16,304 nt of DNA from Candidatus Methylomirabilia bacterium (GCA_041496385.1 JBGQEL010000092.1:1-16304); one strand, 5' to 3'; positions 1 through 7,651 are shown, counted from the first letter of the stretch. Numbers and translations: made by a program. The notes: generated by a model not told the origin, from the letters alone.

Positions 1-1164
1 CGTCCCGACTCGCTGCAGCGCGGCCGCGACCTCCTTCGCCACCGTCATCAGGTCCCGCCAGAGGGCGGAGCGCTTCGTCAGTTCATCCCGCGCCACCTCC
101 GCCGCGCGCTCGATCCGGGCGACGCCGGCCTGCAGGCGCTCGACGTGGTCCTTCTTGAGGACCGGGACCTCGATGCGCTTGGGGGATGCCGCCGGCGCGA
201 CACGGTGTTGCGCATCCTGCAACTTTCTTTGCAGATCCTGCACCTGGCGGCGCAGCTCCCGCGGATCCTCCGCCTTCGCCCGCTCGATCGTCGCGGCCAT
301 CTTTGTCTTCAGAGCGCCGAGGTCAACGTCGGCGAGCGTCGCCGGCGGCCGCGGACTGGCGCTCGCGGTCGGCGTCGCCCCCGAATCGAACGTCGCGCGC
401 CGGCGAAACCGGACGCGCACCATCTTCTTCAGGAAGTGCGGCGACCAGACCCACGCCTCGCCGTCCTCGAGGCTTGGGAGCGTCGCCAGCAGCGCCTCGC
501 CTTGGTGGTGATACTTGACCCACTCGCGGATCGCGGCGATGTCCTGCGGGCCCGTCGTCCGCATCGGGATGAGCGTCTGGACCTGGGTGAGCACGTTCTT
601 GTTGAGCACGGCACTCCGCTGGGTGATGAGCGTGCAGCCGAGCCCGCGCGCGCGGCCGCGCCGGACGATGTTCTCCCAGGCGCGCAGCAGGAACGGCTCG
701 TCGCGCCCCATCGGCTTCTGCGGGATGTAGTCGTCGGCCTCCTCGAGGAAGAGATGCAGCGGGTGCTCGTTGCGCTGGTAGAGGCGGCGCGCGAAGTCGA
801 GGAGGAACTGCTTTTTCGCGCCCTCGCTCTCGAAGTCGGAAAGATCCAGCACGCAGGAGAGCCGCTGGTCCACGACCAGGTCGGCGACGAGCTGGCCGCC
901 GCCGCGCTCGAGAGGCACGTCGCCGCGGCGCCCGCCGAAGATCGGGACCGCGAGCCCGGGCCCCTTGCCGTCCGCGGAGGACCGCAGCCCCCACCAGGCG
1001 CGCACCGGGTCGATCACGACAAAGGGCAGCTTCGCCGCGAACATCTCCTCGGCCATCACGGCCGCCGCGTTGCTCTTGCCGGCGCCGCGCGCGGCGAGGA
1101 TCCCGAACGTCTCGGTGACGGCTGCGAGTGAAAGCTCGAGCTCGGCGGCGAGGCGGAGCTTCAT
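1..1164 (-). CDS. HerA/FtsK-superfamily P-loop ATPase (DUF87/HerA-like) with C-terminal coiled-coil; 3' end beyond window
   Basis: Manual translation from ATG at 1164 is open to position 1 (388 codons): MKLRLAAELELSLAAVTETFGILAARGAGKSNAAAVMAEE..., with Walker A AARGAGKS, FVVIDP strand, Walker B LHLFLEEAD, arginine-finger-like RRGRARG and HerA/FtsK-type ITQRS motif, then helical DPRELRRQVQDLQRKLQDAQ. The ATG overlaps the TGA of the upstream ORF (ATGA). Confidence 0.88.
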   Translation of the reverse strand, partial: MKLRLAAELELSLAAVTETFGILAARGAGKSNAAAVMAEEMFAAKLPFVVIDPVRAWWGLRSSADGKGPGLAVPIFGGRRGDVPLERGGGQLVADLVVDQRLSCVLDLSDFESEGAKKQFLLDFARRLYQRNEHPLHLFLEEADDYIPQKPMGRDEPFLLRAWENIVRRGRARGLGCTLITQRSAVLNKNVLTQVQTLIPMRTTGPQDIAAIREWVKYHHQGEALLATLPSLEDGEAWVWSPHFLKKMVRVRFRRRATFDSGATPTASASPRPPATLADVDLGALKTKMAATIERAKAEDPRELRRQVQDLQRKLQDAQHRVAPAASPKRIEVPVLKKDHVERLQAGVARIERAAEVARDELTKRSALWRDLMTVAKEVAAALQRVGT

Positions 1165-1436
1165 CGGCGGCTCAGACGCCGCCGGCGGGGTCTCGGCTGC
1201 TGCACGAGCACCGTGATCTTCGACGTCGGCAGTTCCCCGAGGATCATGCCCATGACCTCGATGGCCACCAGCCCGGTCCGGGTATTCCTCAGGGCGCGGC
1301 TGAGGACTCGCTCCGCCGCCGCCTGACCTCCCTTCGACAGCACGGCGTGCACGACCTTCCGGAGCAGTGTCTCGAGGTGCCTCGCGGGCACCGTCACGTA
1401 GTCGCGTTGACGTTTCTTCGGCGTGGCGCTCACCAA
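1161..1436 (-). CDS. Small basic hypothetical protein (~90 aa; start TTG 1436 or GTG 1433)
   Basis: GGAGG Shine-Dalgarno at 1445-1449 (minus strand) upstream; the stop overlaps the ATPase start (ATGA coupling). No family recognised. Confidence 0.7.
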   Translation of the reverse strand: MVSATPKKRQRDYVTVPARHLETLLRKVVHAVLSKGGQAAAERVLSRALRNTRTGLVAIEVMGMILGELPTSKITVLVQQPRPRRRRLSRR

Positions 1437-1624
1437 GAGTGCTTCCTCCCTGCGGCGCGCAGTGGCGCCAGGAGCGACGATCGGTCAGATCGGGCTACCA
1501 GCACACTCCGCGTTCCCGCCGCGGACGAGGCGCTGGCGGGGAGCGGCCAAGGTTTCAGAGTCAGAGGCGCACCGGCGGTCACGTGGAGACCTCCGCGTAC
1601 TCGAACGAAATCGCGGCAAGGCGC

Positions 1625-1668
1625 GTGAGCGTATCATCGGACCGCATTCCTCGACGAGATCGGCTCAC
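1625..1668. repeat. Imperfect inverted repeat centred on the junction; candidate att site
   Basis: GTGAGC-gt-ATC (1625-1635) ... GAT-cg-GCTCAC (1658-1668); the symmetry axis lies between 1646 and 1647. Confidence 0.4.
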
Positions 1669-2324
1669 TGCGGCTCGACCTCCAGACGAAGCTCCTGCGC
1701 GCGCTGCAGGAGCGCGAGATCGAGCGGCTCGGCGGCCTGCGCACGATCCCCATCGACGTGCGCGTGCTCGCGGCGACGAACGTTAATCTGAAATCGGCGA
1801 TCCGGGCGCGCGAGTTCCGGGAAGACCTCTACTACCGTCTCCACGTCGTCCCCATCCACGTGCCGCCGCTCCGCGAGCGCCGCGAGGACATCGCGCGGCT
1901 CGTCGACCACTTCGTGGGCAAGACCGCGCGCGAGTGCCGCCGCGACGTGCGCGGCGTGTCGGTGGGCGCGCTCGAGGTGCTCACGCGCTACGACTGGCCC
2001 GGCAACGTGCGCGAGCTGGAGAACGTCATCTACCGTGCGGTCGTGCTGGCGCGGAACCCGGTCATCCAGCTCCAGGACGTGCCGCTCGAGGTCGCGATTC
2101 CCGAGACGGGCGCGCGCCTCGCCGAGGACACGGGGCCACCGCTGCGCGAGGCGATGGGCCAGTTCGAGCGGCAGTACATTCTGCGCGTGCTCGAGCGCGT
2201 CGGCTGGAACGTGAGCCGCGCCGCGCGGGAGCTCGGCGTGCACCGCAACACCATCCTCGCCAAGCTGTCCGGCTGGGGCATCCACCGCCCCGCGAGCGCC
2301 GACGGGCGCAGCCTGTCGCTGTAG
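1647..2324 (+). pseudogene. 5'-truncated sigma54-dependent transcriptional activator (NtrC/AtoC family; AAA+ C-terminal half plus Fis-type HTH)
   Basis: The frame reads FLDEIGSLRLDLQTKLLRALQEREIERLGG..RVLAATN..FREDLYYRL..WPGNVRELEN..NVSRAARELGVHRNTILAKL. There is an in-frame TGA at 1626-1628, and no Walker A, GAFTGA or receiver domain upstream. Confidence 0.88.
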
Positions 2325-2435
2325 AATCGCGCCTCCGTCTCGGAGCGCCCGTCCACGCAGCGAGACGCGTCGCCCGCCGCTGGAACGAGTCCCTTTCGCG
2401 CTCCACCGCGCCCGCCCGCCGAGCCGGACGAGCGG

Positions 2436-3449
2436 TCAGCTCGCGGCGAGCAGTGCGTACATGACACGCCAGAGCGCCAGGAAGTCGCGCGCGTCCTGCC
2501 AGCGCGCCGGGCCGCCGCCCTCGACGTGGTCCAGGACGCCGACCAGCACCAGCGTCGTCCGCTCCGGGCGCGCCGCCGCCAGCCGCAGGCTTTCGGTGTA
2601 AGGGACCGCGCGGTCGCCGCGGCCGTGGACAAGGACGAGCGGCGCCCGGATGTCGCGTGCGACGGAGAGCGGCGAGAGCGCCTCGAGCTGGCGCCGGAGC
2701 TCGGGCGCCAGGTCGGCCAGGACGCGCGCGGCGCGCGCGGGGTCGGCCGCCTCCAGCTCGGTGCGGGCCGGTGCCTCGAGCAGGTCGGCGTTGGCGCGGA
2801 CGAACGCCCGGACCAGCTCGGGGTCGTGCAAAACGACGCCGCGGGCGTCGCCGAACGCGTAGGCGCCGGTCAGCCAGAAGCGGAGCACCTCGAGCGCCGA
2901 GGCGTAGCCGCCCAGGCTCAGGATGGCGCTCACGCGATCGCGCACGCGCGGATCGGCCGCGGCGAGCAGCGCCGGCCCCACCCCCACGCTCACGCCCAGG
3001 AGCGTGACGGAGCCCGGCCGCGCCGCGAGAGTCGCGACGACCGCCGCGACGTCGTCGGCGCGCAGCCGGCCGCGGGTGAGGCCGGGAACCGTTGGCACCG
3101 CCACGTCAAACCCGGCGCGCGCGAGAAGGGTCGCGGCCTCACGCACGCGCGGGTCGTCCTTGCCCTCGGGCGTGAAGCCGTGGACGAGCACCAGCGCGGG
3201 CGCCCGGCCGAACCCCGCGGGGACGTACCGGTCCACCGCCGCGCCGGCCACGGCCAGGGGCTCGCGAGCCGGCGGTGAGGTGAGCGCGGTCAGCGGGGCG
3301 GGATGGCCCCCCGTCAGAAACTCCGCGAGGAAGGCGCCAGCCAGGAGCATGGTGCGCCCGGCGCGGACGACGGGCACGGCGAGGAGCAGGGCCAGGAGGA
3401 GACCGGCGAGCCGGGCTACTTCCGGTTGACGCACTTCACGAGGCGCCAC
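2436..3449 (-). CDS. Alpha/beta-hydrolase-fold protein with N-terminal signal/anchor (start may be GTG 3434)
   Basis: LVLVHG motif, nucleophile elbow GVSVG, LVHGRGDRAVP (Asp), LDHV (His); hydrophobic N-terminus LAGLLLALLLAVPVV. Confidence 0.8.
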   Translation of the reverse strand: MAPREVRQPEVARLAGLLLALLLAVPVVRAGRTMLLAGAFLAEFLTGGHPAPLTALTSPPAREPLAVAGAAVDRYVPAGFGRAPALVLVHGFTPEGKDDPRVREAATLLARAGFDVAVPTVPGLTRGRLRADDVAAVVATLAARPGSVTLLGVSVGVGPALLAAADPRVRDRVSAILSLGGYASALEVLRFWLTGAYAFGDARGVVLHDPELVRAFVRANADLLEAPARTELEAADPARAARVLADLAPELRRQLEALSPLSVARDIRAPLVLVHGRGDRAVPYTESLRLAAARPERTTLVLVGVLDHVEGGGPARWQDARDFLALWRVMYALLAAS

Positions 3450-4045
3450 CCGTTGAACATGTTCACCTTCGCGACCAGCTCGGGCTCGAAACCCACCTGC
3501 GCCAGCAGCGGCGCCAGCGCGAGGTTCGATTTCCAGCCGAGCCGCGTGCAGACCGGGGCGACGAGATCCTCGAGCCAGCCCATCACCCGGCGCTCGCTGC
3601 GGAAGTGGTTCAGGATGACGATGATGCCGCCCGGCTTCACCACGCGCCGCATCTCGCGCAGCACCGCGACGGGATCCGGGACCGCGGAGATCGTGTAGGT
3701 CGCGAGCGCCCGGTCGAATTCGTTGTCGCCGAAGTCCATCGACGTGGCGTCCATGACCTTGAGCGTCACGTTGGGCATCGTGAGCGTCTGGACGCGCTCG
3801 ACCGCCTTGTCGAGCATCTCCTGGGAGAGATCGATGCCCGTGAGCCGGCTGGTCGCGGAATAGAGCGGCAGATTCAGCCCCGTCCCGATGCCCACCTCGA
3901 GCACGGAATCGCTCCGCTCGAGGTCGAGGTGCCTGACGGCCGCCGCGCGACCCGGGGCGAAGATCCAGTCGAAGACGAAGTCGTACACCGGCGCGTACAG
4001 CTCGTAGGCGCGCTGGACCTGCCGCTTCTCCAACGCCGCGTCCAC
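3416..4045 (-). CDS. pmtA: Class I SAM-dependent methyltransferase, PmtA-like phospholipid N-methyltransferase
   Basis: SAM motif VLEVGIGTG; N-terminal AYELYAPVYDFVF..GR; VPDP..LREMRRVVKPGG..NHF, typical of the Rhodobacter-type PmtA group. AGGAG RBS precedes the GTG start. Substrate assignment is tentative. Confidence 0.72.
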   Translation of the reverse strand: MDAALEKRQVQRAYELYAPVYDFVFDWIFAPGRAAAVRHLDLERSDSVLEVGIGTGLNLPLYSATSRLTGIDLSQEMLDKAVERVQTLTMPNVTLKVMDATSMDFGDNEFDRALATYTISAVPDPVAVLREMRRVVKPGGIIVILNHFRSERRVMGWLEDLVAPVCTRLGWKSNLALAPLLAQVGFEPELVAKVNMFNGWRLVKCVNRK

Positions 4046-4103
4046 TCAGGCTCCTCCAGATCTTTCGACTTGAGGCCGGCCCGCACCGGACGAAACCGCG
4101 TGC

Positions 4104-4133
4104 ATTCTACTCGGTGCGAGCGGGCGTTGCCAA
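4104..4133 (-). promoter_or_regulatory. Putative sigma70 promoter for the pmtA-like gene
   Basis: Minus strand TTGGCA (4133-4128) - N18 - TAGAAT (4109-4104), about 60 nt upstream of the start. Confidence 0.5.
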
Positions 4134-4146
4134 GAGGGTAGTGAGC

Positions 4147-5493
4147 TCAGAGCAGGAACCGGATCAGGAGCGTCGCCAGGCCCAAAAACGAAAAGAATCC
4201 GAAGACATCGGTAAACGTCGTGATGATCACGCTAGACGCGATCGCGGGGTCGATGCGGAACGTCCTGAGCGCGATCGGGATGAGCGTGCCCACCACCGCG
4301 GCGACGAGCATGTTGAAGACGAGCGCCAGGCCGAGGATGAGCGCGAGCAGGACCTGGCCCTTCCAGATGTAGGCGATCGCGGCGATGACGAGGCCGTTGG
4401 CCGCGCCCGTCGTGAGGCCGAGCCAGACCTCCTTCCAGAGCACGCGCCGGAGCACGCTCGACGTCATGTCCCCGAGCGCGATCCCGCGCACAACGATAGT
4501 GGCCGTCTGGGTCGTGCCGATGCCGCCCATGGAGGCGACGATCGGCATGAAGACCGCCAGCGTGGCGAGCGAGCGGATGGACGACTCGAAGAGGCCGATC
4601 ACCGAGGCGGCGAGCACGGCCGTCCCGAGGTTGATCAGCCGCCAGACCAGCCGCCGCACGAAGACGCTCTGCGGCGGGTCGAGCACGGTCTCGTCGCCGG
4701 CGACGCCGCCGAGGCGCTGGATGTCCTCGGTGGCCTCCTCGCGGAGGACGTCGAGGACGTCGTCGACGCCGATCGTGCCGAGGAGCCGGCGGTTCTGGTC
4801 CACCACGGGAACCTGGATCAGGTTGTAGTGCTGGACGAGGCGCGCGACCTCCTCCTGGTCGGTGTCCACGGTGACGCTCTCCACGTCCTCCGTGCGGATC
4901 GCGCGGATCGGGGTCGCCGGCTCGGCGGCGAGCAGGCGGTGCAGGGGGACGAGCCCGACCAGATGCTCGTGGTCGTCGACCACGTAGAGGTAGAAGGCGC
5001 CGTCGCCGGTCTTGGCCTTGCGGATGTGCTCGAGCGCCTGCGCGACCGTCGCCTGCTCGTGGACCGCGACGAGCTCGCGCGACATGAGCCGGCCCGCCGT
5101 GCCCTCGCGGTACTCCAGCAGCTCCTGGACCTCCTCGGCCTTGTCCTCCTCCATGAGGTCGAGGATCTCCTCGGCCTGCTCCTTCGGAAGCTCCTCGACG
5201 ACGTTCACCACGTCGTCGCTGGACATCCGGTCGAGCGCGCGGGACACCTCGGCCTCGTCGAGCGAGCCGACCAGCTCGCGCAGGACCGGGTCGTCCAGCT
5301 CCGCGAGCACCGCGCCGGCGTGCTGGGGGGTGAGGAGGCGGAAGACGCGCACCTGGTCGTCCACCGGGAGCTCGCGGATGACGCGCGAGAGGTCGGCCGC
5401 GTGGGCCTCCTCGAGGACGTTGGCGAGCCGCTCGTCCCGGCCGCCGCCGAGCAGCTCCTTGATCGACTCGCTCAGGCGACCGGTCTCTTCCAT
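4147..5493 (-). CDS. mgtE: Magnesium transporter MgtE (448 aa)
   Basis: Starts MEETGRLSESIKELL. Acidic MgtE N-domain, CBS pair (TAGRLMS, YLYVVDD, VPVVD), TM domain with IDPAIAS..TTFTDVFG (Mg-binding Asp). ATG overlaps the apgM TGA (TGATG). Confidence 0.95.
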   Translation of the reverse strand: MEETGRLSESIKELLGGGRDERLANVLEEAHAADLSRVIRELPVDDQVRVFRLLTPQHAGAVLAELDDPVLRELVGSLDEAEVSRALDRMSSDDVVNVVEELPKEQAEEILDLMEEDKAEEVQELLEYREGTAGRLMSRELVAVHEQATVAQALEHIRKAKTGDGAFYLYVVDDHEHLVGLVPLHRLLAAEPATPIRAIRTEDVESVTVDTDQEEVARLVQHYNLIQVPVVDQNRRLLGTIGVDDVLDVLREEATEDIQRLGGVAGDETVLDPPQSVFVRRLVWRLINLGTAVLAASVIGLFESSIRSLATLAVFMPIVASMGGIGTTQTATIVVRGIALGDMTSSVLRRVLWKEVWLGLTTGAANGLVIAAIAYIWKGQVLLALILGLALVFNMLVAAVVGTLIPIALRTFRIDPAIASSVIITTFTDVFGFFSFLGLATLLIRFLL

Positions 5494-6704
5494 CAGGCGC
5501 CGAACTTGGTCAGCCGGAGCGCGTTCGCCATCACGAGCGGCATGAGGTGGTGGGAGGGGATCACGCCGAGCGAGCCCGCCGTGCACGCCCGCTCGCTGAA
5601 CTGGGCGACCCCGTCGGCGCCGCAGTAGCGGCTCCAGAGGAGCGCGGGCACCGGCTGCCAGCCGTGCCCGGCGAGCACCGACGGCGTCGCGTGATCGCCC
5701 GTGACGACGAGCACGTCGGGTCCGAGCGCCCGGATCTCGGGGACGAAGGCGTCGAGACGCTCGAGCGCGGCGACCTTCGCGTCGAAGTCGCCGTCCTCGC
5801 CCGCCTTGTCGGTGTCCTTGTAGTGGAGGAAGAAGAAGTCGTACGCCTCCCAGTGCTCGCGGAGCGTCGCGACCTCCTCGGCGAACGTGCCCCCGGTCTT
5901 GAGCACCTCCATGCCGACCAGCTTCGCCAGCCCGCGGTACATCGGGTAGGCTGCGATCGCCGCGGCGCGCAGGCGGAAGATCTCGGGAAAGCGCGGGAGC
6001 CTCGGGAGCTGATCGAAGCCGCGCAGGAGGACCATGTTGGCGGGCGCCGCGTCGGCGAGCCGGCGCCGGGCTTCGGCGACGAAGGCGTTCACGCGCTGGG
6101 CCGTCGCCTTCGCCTTCGGCTCGAGCGGCTTGACGGGCAGCGGCGGCTTGCCGAGCTGCTGCGGGTCGGTCTCCGACAGACGCCCCGAGAGCCCCCCGCC
6201 CTTGCCCCGGCCGCGCAGCACCAGGACGAAGCGGTGCTCCTTCACCGGCTCGACGAAGAGCTCGACGCCCGGCAGCCGGATCCCGCGCAGGCGCTCGGTG
6301 AGCTTGACGCACGTCTCGGTCGTGATGCGGCCGGCCCGCCGGTCGCTGATCAACCCCTTGGCGTCGACGGTGCAGAAGTTCCCGCGGGCGGCGACGTCGC
6401 CCGCGCGCAGGTCGAACTCGATGCCGAGCGACTCGAGGACGCCGCGCCCCACCTGGTAGCGGATCGGGTCGTAGCCGAAGAGGCCGAGGTGGCCCGGGCC
6501 GCTCCCCGGCGTGATGCCGGGCGCGACGTGGCGGATCAGGCCGCACGCCGCCGCGCCGGCGAGCGCGGACAGGTGCGGCAGGCGCGCGGTCTCGAGCTCG
6601 GACCGCCCGGTCTCGGGGCGAGGAAGGCCGCCCAGCCCGTCGAGCGAGAGCACGACGATCTTGGTCGTGTTGTCGATGACGAGCGGGGCGATCAGCTCGA
6701 GCAT
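5493..6704 (-). CDS. apgM: 2,3-bisphosphoglycerate-independent phosphoglycerate mutase, archaeal/ApgM type
   Basis: LDGLGG, TPGSGPGHLGLFGYDP (phospho-Ser), GRGVLE, ARGNF, DRRAGRI, YPMYRGLA, KDTDKAGEDG, VTGDHATP. Start MLELIAPL at ATG 6704. Confidence 0.92.
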   Translation of the reverse strand: MLELIAPLVIDNTTKIVVLSLDGLGGLPRPETGRSELETARLPHLSALAGAAACGLIRHVAPGITPGSGPGHLGLFGYDPIRYQVGRGVLESLGIEFDLRAGDVAARGNFCTVDAKGLISDRRAGRITTETCVKLTERLRGIRLPGVELFVEPVKEHRFVLVLRGRGKGGGLSGRLSETDPQQLGKPPLPVKPLEPKAKATAQRVNAFVAEARRRLADAAPANMVLLRGFDQLPRLPRFPEIFRLRAAAIAAYPMYRGLAKLVGMEVLKTGGTFAEEVATLREHWEAYDFFFLHYKDTDKAGEDGDFDAKVAALERLDAFVPEIRALGPDVLVVTGDHATPSVLAGHGWQPVPALLWSRYCGADGVAQFSERACTAGSLGVIPSHHLMPLVMANALRLTKFGA

Positions 6705-6712
6705 GCCGGCGC

Positions 6713-7615
6713 TCAGGCGTCCTTGACCGGATTCTCGAGCGTGCCGAGCCCGGTGATCTCGAGCCGGCACACGTCACCGGGCTGCAGGAACACGGGCGGC
6801 TTGCGGGCGAAGCCCACGCCCGGCGGCGTGCCGGTCGCGATGAGGTCTCCGGGCGATAGCGTCATGAGCCCCGAGAGATAGCTCACGATGTAGCGGACGT
6901 CGAAGATGAAGGTCTTCGTGGTGCCGGCCTGCATCTGCTTGCCGTTCACCCAGAGCTTGAGGTCGAGCGCATGCGGGTCGCGGATCTCGCTCCCATCGGC
7001 GATATACGGCCCGACCGGCGCGAACGTCTCGGGGATCTTGCCGGCCATCCACTGGCTGCCGATGAACTGGAAGTCGCGCGCGCTGACGTCGTTGATGATC
7101 GTGTAGCCCCAGACGTAGTCGAGCGCCTGTTCCTTGGTCACGTAGCGCGCCGTGCGGCCGATGACGACGCCCAGCTCCACCTCCCAGTCGAGCTGGTTCG
7201 AGCCCCGCGGGCGCAGGATGGGCTCGCCCGGGTCGAGGATCGCGTTCGCCCACTTGGCGAAGATCGGCGGCTCCTTGGGGATGGGCTGGTTGGCCTCCGC
7301 CGCGTGATCTCGGTAGTTGAGGCCGATGCAGATGAACTTCCCGGGGTCGGTGATGGGCGCCAGGAGCCGGGCGTTCGACGCCGGGACGGTGACCCACTCG
7401 GTGATCCCGGCGATCGCGTCCTGGGTGGCGGCGCCGCCTTCGAGGAAGGCGCGCGTGCTTTGGGGCAGAAGCGCGGCGGCGATCTCCTCGGCCCGCACCA
7501 CGCCGCGGCGCGTCAGGGTTGCTGCGAGCGATGCCTGGAGGTCCGCGACACGGTCGCCCCGGAGGGCGCCGAGACGCGGGGACTGGCCATTGGTGGAGAA
7601 ACGAACGAGCTTCAT
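6713..7615 (-). CDS. Fumarylacetoacetate hydrolase (FAH) family protein
   Basis: KFICIGLNYRDHAAE, LDWEVELGVVIG, GYTIINDVSARD, GK..ETFAPVGP, LSPGDLIATGTPPGVG; GGGAGGG RBS. Confidence 0.95.
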   Translation of the reverse strand: MKLVRFSTNGQSPRLGALRGDRVADLQASLAATLTRRGVVRAEEIAAALLPQSTRAFLEGGAATQDAIAGITEWVTVPASNARLLAPITDPGKFICIGLNYRDHAAEANQPIPKEPPIFAKWANAILDPGEPILRPRGSNQLDWEVELGVVIGRTARYVTKEQALDYVWGYTIINDVSARDFQFIGSQWMAGKIPETFAPVGPYIADGSEIRDPHALDLKLWVNGKQMQAGTTKTFIFDVRYIVSYLSGLMTLSPGDLIATGTPPGVGFARKPPVFLQPGDVCRLEITGLGTLENPVKDA

Positions 7616-7651
7616 GAGCGGGAGCCCTCCCGGGAGAGAAATTAGTGGCCA

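Larger units (their letters stand above)
1..1646. mobile_element. Putative right end of an integrated element (prophage or genomic island) interrupting a sigma54 activator gene
   Basis: The activator reading frame is lost abruptly at about 1646. The cargo is a HerA-like ATPase plus a hypothetical gene with more A/T-ending codons than the neighbours (e.g. CAA AGA AAG TTG). No integrase is visible in the window. Confidence 0.5.

Noticed and set aside
740..754. Inverted similarity between the ATPase TTCCTCGAGGAG and the junction TTCCTCGACGAG
   Set aside because: Both simply encode Walker B motifs (FLEE/FLDE); too short to imply an inversion.
145..1131. 328-aa plus-strand ORF and other ORFs over 1-1164
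   Set aside because: Shadows of the minus-strand HerA-like ATPase, which carries clear motifs.
1558..1646. ESE.....RG.........GK spacing in another frame, faintly like ESELFGHEKGAFTGA...GRFE, suggesting in-place decay of the activator 5' half
   Set aside because: There is no GAFTGA or LFGH, the frame and length are wrong, and the downstream half is pristine, so gradual decay is unlikely. Treated as probable coincidence; an alignment to the intact ortholog would settle it.
1758..2324. 188-aa ORF as a complete gene
   Set aside because: Homology extends upstream of the GTG to FLDEIG at 1647 and there is no SD; it is a fragment of a longer activator.
5780..5830. ApgM DKAGEDG with Glu in place of the usual His ligand
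   Set aside because: To my knowledge this variant is common in bacterial ApgM-type mutases; not novel.
4147..6777. 876-aa ORF as a giant MgtE fusion
   Set aside because: The N-terminal 428 aa are an Arg/Pro-rich off-frame read of apgM; the real MgtE starts at ATG 5493.
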